The position numbers and the translations under genes are program-made. This document shows, piece by piece, positions 13,401 through 25,190 of a stretch of DNA of 64,000 nucleotides. The DNA comes from the human T2T-CHM13v2.0 reference genome, Homo sapiens. Positions within the stretch are counted from its first letter, which is position 1, and every line of letters starts with the position of its first letter. A model generated the notes under the pieces. The model did not search any database and was not told the DNA's origin. It saw only the letters and a program-made list of their open reading frames with translations. The DNA lies in assembly GCA_009914755.4 (NCBI GenBank), contig CP086569.2, forward strand, positions 11,360,001 through 11,424,000. The letters are read 5' to 3'.

Positions 13401-15173
13401 GGGAGTGAAGCTCCCACCCAACAACCTCCCCCAGCTCAGGGGCCTTTGAGTTCACCACCATCTGCCTCACTGCAGGTTTCCCCTGTGCTGGGGGTGATTG
13501 CAAGGAGATGGTTCTTTGGCGTTCCCTGGACAGGTCATTGCCTCAGCCCCTGCCTGGTGTCCTGGAGCAGCTTTGAGGAGCTACATGGACAGGACACCAA
13601 CTGTCTGCAGCCCCCAGGTGAGGCTTGGCTGCTGTGTCCCACTGCCTCTGCTCCTGGCTGTCAAAGCCCCATGGTAACAGCATCCAGGGTGAATTTAAAT
13701 GGCACCCCAAAGAACAAGAGTGGGCCTGGGTGTCACTGTAGTGGCTGGTGGCTTGTGACAAGTAGTGTGGCTTCCGTGGTGATGAGAAGTGACAGTTCCC
13801 CCTGAATCTGCACTGGAGAGAAGGTCCTGGAAGCTTTCAGGCCCACCCTCCAGGGTCTGGGTCTGCATCTCTGAGAGTGGCTGGGTGAGCAGAAGAATCC
13901 TCACTGCCTGGCAGTTGGGTTTGGAGCTGGGGAGGGCGGGGCCTGGTTAGCAATGAGACTATCGCAGTGAACCAGAGCTCAAGATAAAGCGAGAGGCCTA
14001 GCCCAGACACCTCCTTCCCTGGTCCCAGCCCCTGTGCCTTGGCCTGTGCAGTGGAAGCCAGGCTCCCTCCTCCAGGAAGCCTTCCCTGCACTTCCTGCTC
14101 ACACACAGCCTCTCCCAGATTTCTCCCCATCCAGGCTGAGTAGGATTCCCAAGAAGGCTCCTCCCTGAGCCAACTGCCTGCAGTCAACATTATCACCAGT
14201 AGTGTTTTTCATCTTCAGCAGTGGCCTCTGGAGGGGTCCTAGCAGGTCGGGGAGAGAGGTCTGAGTTAGCCCCACGTGAAAGGCAGCCCATGCCTCTCCT
14301 CCCAGCAACCCCTAGCAGCAAATTCCACCTGGCTGACCCCACCCAGCTCACAGAGCTGCCCAGCTGGGTGTCCTTGTGGTTGACTGGGGGGAAGGGGCTG
14401 TTACCTCCCGGTCCCCTTCAGGCTGAGACAAGAGCCCTGTGGGCCTGGATCTTGCAGATGGGACCCCCACCCACATGCTCTCCAGGTGGATGCTCACCCT
14501 GGGCTGTTCTCAGGCCCCTCTCCCCACACTGGGCCCACACCCTGGAGGGAACTCCATGTACCCCTGCCCATCTGCCCATCTGAGCCTCAGGGGTCCTGGG
14601 CACTGAGAGCTGGGCTGGGCTGAGCTCAGGTACACACTGTCATTGGGGATGGAGAGGGGATGCTGAAGTGGGTGCTTCTGCATGGGGCCTGCCTGGAGGA
14701 TCGCCACAGCAGGTGCACCCAGCAGCCAGACCAGCTTCTAGCAGAATAAGTGCACTGTCACAGGGGTATGTGAGCTGAGGCTGGGGGCCTGGAGGTGCAG
14801 GGGGAGGAGTTGGGGAGATGCAGAGGCCCCAAAGATGTCCCAAGGCCCTAAGACACTGGTGAGGGAATGGAGGAGCCAGCACTGGTGGGGAAGTGGGGAG
14901 GGGGAGATGGATGGCCTGGGTCTGAGCTGGACACACGGTCTGTGCCCACACTTGAGCTGTGCTGTGGAGGCCCAGTCCCCACCTGGGCATGTCCTGTCCT
15001 CTGAGGCACAGGGATTCCTCACCCTCAGCTCTGACCCCTCATCTCCAACTGCTGGGATGACGAGTCCATAGGCAGAGCCAGCCTCACAGGGGACCCAAAG
15101 GCCAGTTCAGATGGACAGCAACTGGAGGTCCCACCAGGCACACACACATACTGTGCAGAAAGCTAATGCACTG

Positions 15174-15179
15174 TTTATT
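15174..15179 (-). terminator. polyadenylation signal AATAAA for the tektin-4-like transcript
   Basis: plus-strand 'tttatt' ~35 nt downstream (minus sense) of the stop codon. Confidence 0.5.
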
Positions 15180-15211
15180 TGGGGGATTGGGGGGAAGCAC
15201 CGTGCCGCTGC

Positions 15212-15428
15212 TCACTGGTAGCCAGCCAGCTGCAGGATGGTGGGGTAGCAAGTATGATGGGCCATGCAATTCTGGCGGTCGAGGAAGAGACTGTTGGTCA
15301 TGGCAGTGACGTCCTTCTCCAGGCTCATGTGGATGTCCTCGAGGTTGTGCAGGGACTGCTCCGCTTGTAGAAGCTTCTCCCACAGCGCTGTGATGGACTT
15401 GTACAGCTCCTCCAACTCACTCACCAGC
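15212..15428 (-). CDS. TEKT4-like: tektin-4-like terminal exon (acceptor AG->AA)
   Basis: Encodes (R)LVSELEELYKSITALWEKLLQAEQSLHNLEDIHMSLEKDVTAMTNSLFLDRQNCMAHHTCYPTILQLAGYQ*. Keeping the frame from exon 5 requires the boundary at 'cccccaa|GCTGGTG', a non-canonical acceptor. Confidence 0.6.
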
Positions 15429-16242
15429 TTGGGGGTGTTGGGGGGTGTGAGCTGGGGCTGGGGAGGGAAGAAGTATGCACCTACCGGGGTGGAGGGGACC
15501 CAAAACTCCCAATGGGAGCTGGCAGGAGGTCCTGGGAAGACGCCATGAAAGGATCCCACCAGGAAAGTGGCTCTAGGGCAGAGCATAAATTACTAGGGTC
15601 CTCCCAGGGAGCGCGGGCCTGAGTGGGAATGAGTGACCCGCGTGCAATCTCGACCCTGGCAGGACAGGACTGGCCTCAGCCGACCAGGCTCAGTTCTTTC
15701 CGTTCCTGATATTTGACGGAAGGAGGCACCCAGTTCCTTGAAGGAACTGAGGGGCAGGGAAGGAAGAAAGGTACTTAGGCTCAGAAGGGGCCACTAGGCA
15801 TCCATTAACAAGGGAAACAAAAGGATGGCCCATCTATGCCTGTAGCCCAGGCGTAGGTCATACTTTCCACCAGAGGTGGGGACAGCACCCTCAGGGCAGC
15901 AGGGAATGGCCCTCCCTGGCCTCTCTGGCCCCGTGGCCTCCAGGAGCTCACCTTGTCTGAAGGAGCTTCCTCCTGGGAAGATGAGGTAGCAGAGGGTGGG
16001 GTGAGACCACGTGGGCACAGGTCCCTGGCACTGGGAGGCCCCCGACCCATGACCTGCCCAGTGTCATGTCTATATCTGTGTGTTTAAGGCGTGCTTGCGT
16101 GTTGCGTGTGGCCGCAAAGTCTCCTTCCCATCTCAGCACCTGTGGGGGATGTGTGTGTGGAGATTGGAGTGTTTATTGGAGAAGGTCGCAGCGAGGAGGT
16201 GGACGAGGGCACCTGGGACTGCCTCAGAGGCCCAGGCAGTAC

Positions 16243-16397
16243 CTGAATTGGGCTGCATCGCGGCACAGCTCCATGTTGGGCCGGTGTGAGAGCAGGTACA
16301 GCCGGGTCTGGGCTATGTGCAGAGGTGCCTCCTTGTCCTTGATGGCCTCCTTCAGTGCCACCATGTTGTGTTCCTGATCTGTGATTTCCCGCAGCAT
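16243..16397 (-). CDS. TEKT4-like: tektin-4-like exon 5 (contains tektin signature)
   Basis: cggcag|ATGCTGCGG.. encodes MLREITDQEHNMVALKEAIKDKEAPLHIAQTRLYLLSHRPNMELCRDAAQF(R) then |gtactg; 155 nt. Confidence 0.75.
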
Positions 16398-16979
16398 CTG
16401 CCGACAGGACAGTGCCCCTTGGGCCTGTGCCCCCATGCCCGGGCATATGGAATGCAGAGACCAGTCTGGTCCTACCCAGGTCCTGGGGCTGTGTCCAGAG
16501 GGTGGTCCTGACCAGTGGCCCTGGGGAGGCGTGGATGAGGGGAACAATGTGCACGGGGCCCCCAGTGGGCTCTGGAGAGTCAGGCAGCCTGTTGTCTCTT
16601 AGCTCTGGTCCAAGAACCCCCATCCTTGGTGGTCACCAGGACCCAAATCCTGCTCAAGGACTGGGGACTCAGAGGTGGTAAAGGCCATGCTGAGGCCCTA
16701 GAGTCAGAGCCCTGCCTGTCACGCCAGGACTCTTGGGGACCTCCCAGGCAGTCAATGCTCCCCAGACCAGCTCCTGCCTCCATCCTCCCCACAGCTCCTC
16801 CTGCTCAGTCATGGGGGTTGCAACGCACTGCGATCATACCCAGTGTCACCTGGTTTTACATAGGTTTATGGAGAGGTGACACTTGCTTCTGGGGTCCCTC
16901 GGGATAAGTGGGACAGAGGAGAAAGGTGTTGAGGGCCCAGACCAGGTGATGAGAGGGGGCAGAGTGGTGGGCAGGCGCC

Positions 16980-17750
16980 GGAGCCATCTTTGGGGTTCAG
17001 GGTGCCCCACCTTTTGCAGGTGGTGCTGCAGCTTGTGCCGCGCGTCCTCCAGTTCCTCACAGCGGCGCCCAAAGGCCAGGTTCACTGCGTCACACTGGAG
17101 TCCCAGGTCCTCGGAGGTGTCGCGAAGGATGCAGTCCACCAGCACCCACAGGTTGGCTGAGTCCAGGCGCTCGCGCTGGGCGCGGCACAGATTGTCCTGT
17201 GTGAACTTGGTCCGGGTCTCTGGGGTGGAGGCGCTGCGGGGCTGGGGACAGCCAGGAGAAGGTCGGGGAGGCTCTGCCAATGGCTGGGGGCCCTGCCGCG
17301 CCCCCATTCCCTGTCTGCACCCCATGCTCCTGGAGGAACTGCATGGACTCCAATGCATCCCGTGCAGACCCACGAAGCCCAGTCCCCCAAGCTCCCTGCC
17401 TCCGAGTTCCCCCCGCCCACAACTCCCCTGAGTCCACCCACACCCTACCCACCCCGGGCACTTAGTCCCCTCCTGCCCCCGTGACCCCGCTCCCAGCACC
17501 GCTGCCCCAGAGGCCCCCTCTGCAGCACCTCCGTCCCCCGCAACCCCCCTTCCCTAGTACCCAGCGCCCGCGTCCGCTTCTCGCACCCAGGAGTTTGCCA
17601 TGCTCAAGTGGGCGGTGGTCGTGCTCCCTCTGCTGGCCTTGGGTGGAAATGCAATCCTGCCGGCGCCTGGGGCTGACCGCACCCCACCCTGTCCTGTCTA
17701 AGGGCAACCAGGCTGTGCACGCGCTGGGCACTTGAGGAGGTCTTGCATGC
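16980..17750. promoter_or_regulatory. CpG-dense segment (intragenic CpG island overlapping tektin-like exon 4 and intron 3)
   Basis: Many CpGs: 'gcgccggagcc..gtgccgcgcgtcctcc..cagcggcgccc..gcgctcgcgctgggcgcggcac..cccgcgtccgcttctcgcaccc..'. Confidence 0.5.
17011..17233 (-). CDS. TEKT4-like: tektin-4-like exon 4
   Basis: ccccgcag|C GCC TCC.. encodes (S)ASTPETRTKFTQDNLCRAQRERLDSANLWVLVDCILRDTSEDLGLQCDAVNLAFGRRCEELEDARHKLQHHLQK then |gtgggg; 223 nt. Confidence 0.7.
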
Positions 17751-17900
17751 TTTCTCATGCCAGGGGCAGACAGTTGCCCAAGTGTCTTCGGGGGCGAGGG
17801 CCTCTGGGCCAGGCTGGGGGAAGCAGCGCCGCTGGGGACCCCAGGCAGAGGGAGGCAAGACCACAGCCAGGGCAAGCACGGGGGCAGAGCTGGGGCCCCC

Positions 17901-18045
17901 CTCTCTTGGAAGGTGGTGGAGTGCCGGATGAGCCTGCACCTCGGTGCTCTGGCTGCGGTGGCGCCCGCAAGTCTCGTCGAGGTTGTAAGCCTCCACCTTG
18001 TCCGACCAGTCCATCTCGCAGATCTCCATGTGCTCTCGGTTCAGT
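17901..18045 (-). CDS. TEKT4-like: tektin-4-like exon 3 (+1 frameshift, no GT donor)
   Basis: ccccag|ACTGAACCGAGAGCAC.. encodes (R)LNREHMEICEMDWSDKVEAYNLDETCGRHRSQSTEVQAHP. The frame then slips by one nucleotide before ..TTFQE(S), and exon-end AG is followed by 'gggggc' rather than gt. Confidence 0.55.
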
Positions 18046-18409
18046 CTGGGGCGGGGTGGGGCAGGGTCTTGGTGTGTGGCCAGGGAGGGCCCCGCTGGGG
18101 ACCCTCCATGCTGCAGGCTAGGCCTTTATGCCCGCTTCAGGAGGGAGCTCTGGGCCGGCTGTCCTCGTGCTCAGCAGTGACCAAGAGCTGCCGCCCATGC
18201 TGGGAGGCTGCAGATCAGTTGTGGCACTGGGCTTTGGCCACTCAAACTCAGGCTGGGCCGGAAACTCCCCCACCCAGCCCTGTGCTCCCACTGTGACCTG
18301 GGACAGCCCCTGCCGGCTCTGAGCTTCAGGGCCCTGTCGTTCAATGGCTTGCCCCAGGACCAGCCGTGGGTGGGGTCAGGAGTCATCCCTTGGGCAGCCC
18401 TCGACCCAC

Positions 18410-18480
18410 CGGATCTGGCTCACTGCTTGCACGATGACTCTCTTCAGCAGCTCCTGAATGTTCCGGATGAGCTCAGCTTC
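18410..18480 (-). CDS. TEKT4-like: tektin-4-like exon 2
   Basis: ctccctcag|GAAGCTGAG..CAGATCCG|gtgggt encodes EAELIRNIQELLKRVIVQAVSQI(R); 71 nt, canonical AG/GT. Confidence 0.7.
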
Positions 18481-19893
18481 CTGAGGGAGGAGACGCCCTG
18501 AGCACCAGAGCCGGCCCTTGGTGAGGATCCCAGGAGGCCCAGCTGCTGCAGGCCTTGGTCAACACCTGAGCAACCAGAAATAGTTGAATGCCGGGCCTGA
18601 GCTCTGACTGTGCAAGTTCTGCTCTCTCACTGGGTTTATCCTGGGCTTTTGGGCATTCTCCTTGGTGTGTTGTAAGTGGGGTGTTTTCCTCCAGGGCCTT
18701 CTATGGGCTGCTGGGAAGGTCCCTCAGCGGCAGTTCCCACGCCCCAGGCCTCAAGAGTCATCACTGCTGCTCACTCAGTGCACCCAGGAACGTTGGCCTG
18801 CCCCTGGCCTCTGGACAGCCCCTGAGGACCCAAACTCTGGGGGCCCAGATGCCCACCTAGGCTGCCCCTCAGGGCTCTGTGTTGGGAAAGACCATCCTCA
18901 CACCAAGAACAGGAGGAAGACCATGTGTTTCTTCTTACTGCCTGGCCAGTTTAATTTTCTGTGTGTAGGAACAAGCCTTTTTCCCCTGTGACTGGGGTCT
19001 TTGCCTGGACCACCAGCTACCTCCTTGTGTGCCAGGGCCCGAGTCCTGCACCCCTCTGTCCCTGGGTTTGCCTCTTCCTGCACTGTCAGTGTCTCCATCA
19101 CTTCGCAGACACCCTTGTTGCTGGCAGAGGGTTTGCGGGAACTGCAGCAGTTCTTGAGGCACTGAGAGGGTGCAGGGGGATAGGCCTGCAGAAGGGGAAG
19201 GGAGGGAGGAGGGAAGGCATGAGGGGAGGGAGGGACTCAAGGGTTCTTGCCTGAGTTTGGGGGTATGGCAGGAGACCAGCTGCCTCCACCCCACATCTTT
19301 CACAAATGTCTACAGGCCTGTAGTGGTTCTCATGGAGGCCCCAGGCTCTGAGAGCTCAGGGAATTCTCCAGAGCCAGCATCAGGGCCAGGACTGAGTTAC
19401 TCTCTCACCCTATGGGGTTGACCCATAGACAAGCTGGGTTGGATTGGGAAGTTACAGGTGACATGGAGAAGGGGACCTGTGGGTGCAGATCTTCGTGTTC
19501 CCGGCTCTGTATAGGATGAATAGGAGCAGTGGCTCCCAGCCTATCCCACCCTACCTGTCCACACCCGCAGTGCTGGCCCAGACCTGGGTTTCCACCTCGG
19601 GAGCAACTGTCCCAACCAGGGAAGGTCTCTGGGGAGCACAGGGTCAGGATGACTGTGCCAGGACTCAAAGGTATTGGAGGAGGAGAGGAGAAACAGCTGC
19701 TTGGAAGTCAGGGGACTTCTGGGGCAAAACTGCCTCCTGTCACTAAGGGGACAGATTTCGGGACTCAGGGGTCTCACGCACAGAGGGCTGGTCTCCCGTG
19801 TGCTTGTAGCAGCCACCTGGCTTCTCCACATGAACTGCCAGGGGCTCCTCCTCTCTGTGCCCACAAGTCCTGGCCACCCAAGGCTGCTGGCAC

Positions 19894-20408
19894 CTTCAGC
19901 AGCTCCGTCTCCACATGGTCACGCACAAGGTTGGCGTGCTGGTGGCGCTGGTTGCACTGCATGTTGTCAGTGGCGATGGAGAAGGGCACCTCCATGGCAT
20001 CCAGGGCGTGCTCCAGCCGTTGCTTCTGGGCCAGCAGCAGGTCAGTCTCCGCAGCCAGCGCCTCTACCTCGCCCTGCAGCTCCGAATTCCAGCTGTGCAT
20101 GTCCTGCAGTCGCTCGCCCACCCTGCACTTGGAGTCTTGCTGTGTCGGCTGTGCCAGCGCCTGGATCTCTGCAGCCAGCTGCTGGCTCTTGTGCCCCTGC
20201 AGCTCCCGCTCCGACTGGTTGCAGTCGGCGAAGGCCTGGTGGTAGCGAGCATAGCAGTTCTGGAACCACACCACCAGCTGGCGGTGGCCAGGCCGGAGGA
20301 CGTGTAGGCGCCCGTGTTGCGGACCACGTCATACTCTTTGCAGGGCAGCTCGCAGGGCGGCACTGTCTGCGGGGCCGGCTCTGGTAGGAGCATATCCGTC
20401 TGCACCAT
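19894..20408 (-). CDS. TEKT4-like: tektin-4-like exon 1 (frameshifted)
   Basis: One frame gives MVQTDMLLPEPAPQTVPPCELPCKEYDVVRNTGAYTSSGLATAS; a different frame gives WFQNCYARYHQAFADCNQSERELQGHKSQQLAAEIQALAQPTQQDSKCRVGERLQDMHSWNSELQGEVEALAAETDLLLAQKQRLEHALDAMEVPFSIATDNMQCNQRHQHANLVRDHVETELLK. Donor gt lies after ..CTGAAG. Confidence 0.65.
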
Positions 20409-20700
20409 GGTGTCTGCCACCCACCAGGGCCAGGGGAGTGAGGAGTGTGTGTGGTCAGCTTGTTGCGGTCAGCCCAGTGCAGTCATCGGTCGGCTCCAAC
20501 GGCTCTGTCGCAGAGCAGGACGTGGCTCCCAGTTGCTTGGGTGACACAGTAAACCAAGAGCTTCCTGTTGCCAAGAAACGGGATCTCTTCTCCAGTGGCT
20601 AGGGGAGGGGGCATTCAGGGCGGCGGGCAGAATTGCCCTCTTAAAGGGCCAGGCAGCCCCAGCCCCACCATCCCTGTCCCCACCTCGGGGCAATCAACAG
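20270..20700. promoter_or_regulatory. CpG-rich 5' end / putative promoter region of the tektin-4-like gene
   Basis: Elevated CpG density spanning exon 1 start and upstream (minus sense): 'gcggtggccaggccggaggacgtgtaggcgcccgtgttgcggaccacg..ggcggcgggcag'. Confidence 0.4.
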
Positions 20701-23700
20701 TGGCCAAGGGTTCCTGTCACTTAGAGGATCCCAGGGCCAGCCCGTCTCCAGCCTCTGTGTCCCACCCTTAGGGTTCAGGGTGTGGGTGGGGACCTACTGC
20801 CCTGGTCCCTTCGTTGATTCATCCATTTGTTCCTGGTTTGCTCTCTGATCCTGTCCTGTGCGGAGCTCCACGCTCAGGGTGAACAAGACAGAGGAGGCTC
20901 TGCCCACCTGCCCCCTCAGGGCAGAGGGCTGTGGCTGTTGTGTGAATGTTGGGTGTGCTGAGTGATAGTGTTACTTGATGCCGTACAGGTGGCTGCTCTC
21001 CCTGCCCTCCTGGCCCCAACAGCAGCCTGGTAGCACAGGGAGGGTCCCAGGCCAGGCCCCCTCAGGGGCAGTCTGAAGCAGTTCCTGCAGGGACTCTGCT
21101 CCATTTTCTCCTGGACCTAGTGCCTGAGAGCCAGGCCCTGGCCTCTGGCCTTCTCCTCCCAAGTCCCAGCTAGGGTCCCCTCAGGCTGGGCACAGTGGGG
21201 AGGGAGGGAGTCTGAGTGTGTTTTTTCCTGGGGAGTTGAATTCAGCCTCTGGATAAGTGTCCAGAGTCATATGCCCAAATCTGCCCCACAGGGCGGAGGA
21301 AGGTCCTGTGCTGCGGAGGCTGCCCTGAAAGCCACCCAGGGCCATGCTGCCTGGCGGAGGCTGGATGGGCAGTAAGCGCCCCAGGACACATCGGCATCCC
21401 CCAAACCTGGGGCCAGGGGAGCTCCAGCCTAGGGGAGATTCCCCACGCAGCCAGCGGAGGGCGGCTTTGGCCTGGCTGTGAGAAGCCTGCGGCTCCTGGC
21501 TCGGCCTCCCCTCCGCCTGCCTGGCGCATGCACTCCTGGGGACCCCAGCCCCTCCGGCATCCTCTTCCCTGAGAATCCCGCACCAGAAAGTCCTCGCTAG
21601 GAAGTCCATGCCCTTCCTACAGCACAGGCCCCTGGGCCCCTGTTCCTTCCACCTTCACCTCCTCTCCCACCACAGCCCACACCCTCACTCCAGGCACAGG
21701 AGCCGGGGCTCCTCCTGGGCCATTCCCACCACCCCACCCAGGTCTCTCCAGCACAACCACGTGCCGGCCAGTGCCCACCTCCTGGACCTGACCTCCCCCG
21801 GTCCTGACCTCCCCGTGGCCAGAACCCTCAGTCCATGCTGCTGTCACCACTGTGCACTGGCCTGACACAGCCTCCTAAAGGGGCTTTGAGGACAGCAGCC
21901 GGGAGACTTACCCCAACCCAGGCCGAGCCAGATCCTATTGCAGGTGGCCTGGGAACCTCTTCTCACTCTCCATCAAGATTGAGAGGTCAGCGGACCTCTG
22001 AGAAACATCCTTGAGCCTCGCCATGACTCAGTTTCCCCAGATGGCAGCAGGCTGGAGCCCATGCAGGGCAGGATGCCAGGCTCCACCTTTTGTCTGGAAC
22101 CTGCATTCACTGGGCACCTCTCTGTAGGCATAGCAGAGCAGAGCTGCCTGTTTCTGTCCCTGATCTGCAGCCCCAGGAGCCCGAGAGATGACCTAAGCCA
22201 AGGAGAAGGCCTCTGGGCCAGAGCCCAGCTCTGCGAAGTGGGAGACCTCTCAGCCTCCACTTCCAGGTGCCCTGAAGTCATTGGCAGGGGGTGCTGCCTA
22301 CTTGGGGCTCCCAGACTAAGGGAACACATTCACCTGGTGACCACAATAGGCCCTGCAGGCTGAGGCACAGGATTTGACCAAGGACGCATCAGAGTTAGGG
22401 GACTGGGCCCTGACTCCTGCCAGCTGCAAAATCCCAAAGCCCCCAGCCCTCTCATGGGGTGAAGACACCCTGAAGGACACTCCAGTGTGCTCCCACCTCT
22501 GGGTTCTGCCAGCCAGAGAGTGGGACTCTCAGGCCACATGTGTCTTGCTGGATCTCAGCTTCAGGGACCCAGGGTGCTGGCAGCTCTCTGAGACCTGGGT
22601 CAGGGGGTATCCATTAGAGCACCTTGGTCAGGACCCAGAGATAGGGAGGGCAGGGCTAAGAGCACCCCAGGCAGTTGGCATCTCCAGAAAGCAGGAGGTA
22701 GGGCATGGCTCTGTGACAGATGTCCCGTGACAGGGAGGATTGGAGGGACAGAGGGACGTGCTCAGGGGCTGAGGGGCAGATGAGGCCACCAAAGGGCACC
22801 TTGGACACTGGATGGCCCCAGGAAGGCCCCTGAACCCCATCCTGATTGATCCAGGGACAGTGACCTTGGCCCAGACTGCACGCCTGGAGACTCAGGTTCC
22901 TTTAGTTTCTTAAGAAACTACTATGCTCCTTTTTGGCATAACTATGATTTTACATTCCCACCAGTCATGTGTGAAAGCTCCAGTTTTTACTCATACTCCC
23001 CAGCGTTTGATGTTTTATTTTTATTTTAGCTATTCTGATATATATGTGTTAGTCAATGTGGTCTTAATTTGCAAATTTCTAATGACTAATGATATTTAAC
23101 ATCTTTTCCTGTTCATAATTAAATACCATCTGTATTCCTTTTCACATATCATTAGCACAAATGTGAAATATCAGAACAAAATTTTTCACACAACTTCAAA
23201 ATTTTTAGAACAATACTCAAGGGAAAAGGTGTTTATTTAGAACAATGAAAACAATGAGACATTAACTTCCAGCTTAAATAAAGTTGATTGTGTGCATAAA
23301 AATGGTGAAAATATTGGACTTTCTTGGCAAAAGAAGAAAGGGGAAGACTTTATATTTTCTGACATAATATTCATCATTTGTCTTTGGTTTGTGTATTATG
23401 TGTATGATTTTGAAAAAATGCACCAAAGATATAACTTTCTGGTGTTTGCTTTGATATTATCTTTGCAAACAGAAAAGTTGGCACATGTTTCTGTATAAAA
23501 CTGGTCAAAGTTGGCCTAGGAATGATCTTACATTGTACTTTCACTTTACATCATACTGTAAGAGTTTAATAATAGCTAAGGCATCAGCATTGATGTGGGC
23601 TTATTATACCTATTCAAGAGATGGTGTGAGGTTTAGGAGAGTTATGTGCCCTTTATCATAAAACAAATCTATGAAGCATTTATATAAAAACCCAGTATTT

Positions 23701-24684
23701 CTGGTTTCAAATTCAGTACTGTGCCGTCTGCTTGATAGATTTGTTCGCAGGTTAGAGACATTTTATTGCGTAACTTCCATGAAATATCACAGTTGTACTC
23801 TTGAATATGTTTGAATCACAAAAAGACTTTAATCTGCACTCAGTTCTTGTAACTAAAATCTTCAGTCTGAATATGAATTTCACTTAAAGAACATCCCTAG
23901 AAATTTCAGAGAGAAAAAGACTTTACTTGCAGAATACAATCTGCATTTGCTTTGACAACTAGTTAGTTCACATATGTAAAATAAGTCTACCTGTCTGTAT
24001 GCATAATTAATATGTAACAGTAGTGTGGCAATGACTTGTTAAAGCAATTAGAATGGCAGTGGATCATGGCACAATTTACCTTAAAAGCCATGAGCAGAAT
24101 ACATCACAAGCTATGATACAATGAATAGTCATTAGGTTTAAAGTAGTATCCACATATAAAAACACAAAGCATATTTTAGCTCTTTAAATGAAAGCTTCAT
24201 TCAGTCAATATTGGTCTTCCTGTAGATGCATTTATGAAACAAAAACCACAAAACATACAGCTTACCCGCTTCTCAAAACTCATTGCACAATAGGTTGAGG
24301 GACTTCTCTACACCAGGACCTATTATTAAAACCAGTAAGTCCTCAGTGAAAATCATTTATTTGCCCGGAGTGTCATATGATGTGTCTGTTGTAGGCAGCT
24401 GTGGCAGTGGTGGGAGGTTTAGTGACACGTACCCTGCCCACGTCTGTCCGTCCATCAGTGGGCTAGTGTCTCTCTGGCTGCACCTGAGAAGGGTCTATAG
24501 GAGTTAACGGCATTAGCATGGGAGTCAAAAGAAATCATCTTGGATTCAAACTTCCATTTCAGTATTCATTTCCAGCTAAGTTTGTGTAGCATGCTTAATG
24601 TTTCTGAAGCTCAATTTTAGTAATGGTAAAGTATATCTGCCTAAAAGACAGGGACACATCCCAGTTTTGTGTTTTTTTATTTTT

Positions 24685-24995
24685 ATTTTACCGTATTTTT
24701 CTTGAGACAGAGTTTTGCTCTTGCTGTCCAGGCTGGAGTGCAATGGTGCAATCTCGGCTCACCACAACCTCCGCCTCCTGGGTTCAAGGGACTCTCCTGC
24801 TTCAGCATTCTGAGTAAATGGAATTACAGGTGCCCGCCACCATGCCCAGCTAATTTTTTGTATTTTTAATAGAGACGGGTTTCACCATGTTGGCCAGGCT
24901 GGTCTTGAACCCCTGACCTCAGATGATCCACCCACCTCAGATGATAATCCCGCCAAGTGCTGGGATTACAGGTGTGAGCCACCATGCCCGGCCTT
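24685..24995 (-). repeat. Alu element
   Basis: 'gagacagagttttgctcttgctgtccaggctggagtgcaatggtgcaatctcggctcacc..gggattacaggtgtgagccaccatgcccggcc'. Confidence 0.85.
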
Positions 24996-25021
24996 ATCCT
25001 CAAAAAAGAATTTATCAAAAT

Positions 25022-25058
25022 TGTATGTGTGTGTGTGTGTGTGTGTATGTTTTAACTA
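25022..25058. repeat. (TG)n microsatellite
   Basis: tgtgtgtgtgtgtgtgtgtgtatg. Confidence 0.9.
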
Positions 25059-25127
25059 GAGTAATAATATATTAAAATGCCACTCTGTATGTTCTAACAA
25101 AAAACCTCAATTTAACAAATGTATATG

Positions 25128-25190
25128 GGGAGAGGGAGAGAGAGAGGGAGAGAGAGAGAAGGAGGGAGGCAGAGAGAGAGAGAGAGATAT
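25128..25190. repeat. (GA)n-rich simple repeat
   Basis: gagagggagagagagagggagagagagagaaggagggaggcagagagagagagagag. Confidence 0.85.

Larger units (their letters stand above)
15150..20420 (-). pseudogene. TEKT4-like: tektin-4-like gene copy, 6 exons, spliced genomic structure, probably disabled (TEKT4P-like)
   Basis: Minus-strand exons encode tektin-family sequence including the tektin signature nonapeptide RPNMELCRD, with AG/GT intron boundaries and an AATAAA (minus) at 15174-15179. Disabling lesions: frameshift between QTVPPCELPCKEYDV.. and WFQNCYARYHQ.. in exon 1; +1 frameshift and absent GT donor at exon 3; AA in place of AG acceptor at exon 6. Confidence 0.7.

Noticed and set aside
10549-14990. 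Many long ORFs on both strands in the GC-rich block (e.g. 10740-11396 218 aa, 11184-11711 175 aa, 13131-13805 224 aa, 13837-14196 119 aa, 14640-14990 116 aa)
   Set aside because: Their composition is low-complexity and rich in Pro/Gly/Ser/Ala/Arg, and they overlap mutually in all frames. High GC suppresses stop codons. None showed recognisable domains or splice-consistent structure, so they were not called as genes.
16084-17875. ORFs 16084-16623 (179 aa), 16883-17431 (182 aa), 17090-17461 and 17462-17875
   Set aside because: They overlap tektin-like exons 4 and 5 or CpG-rich intron sequence in the wrong frame or strand, and are Pro/Gly/Arg-rich artefacts.
19529-20420. ORFs 19529-20245 (238 aa), 19674-20387 (237 aa), 19915-20307 (130 aa) and 20042-20332 (96 aa)
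   Set aside because: These are alternative frames or the opposite strand of tektin-4-like exon 1. Only the minus-strand frames with tektin similarity are meaningful.
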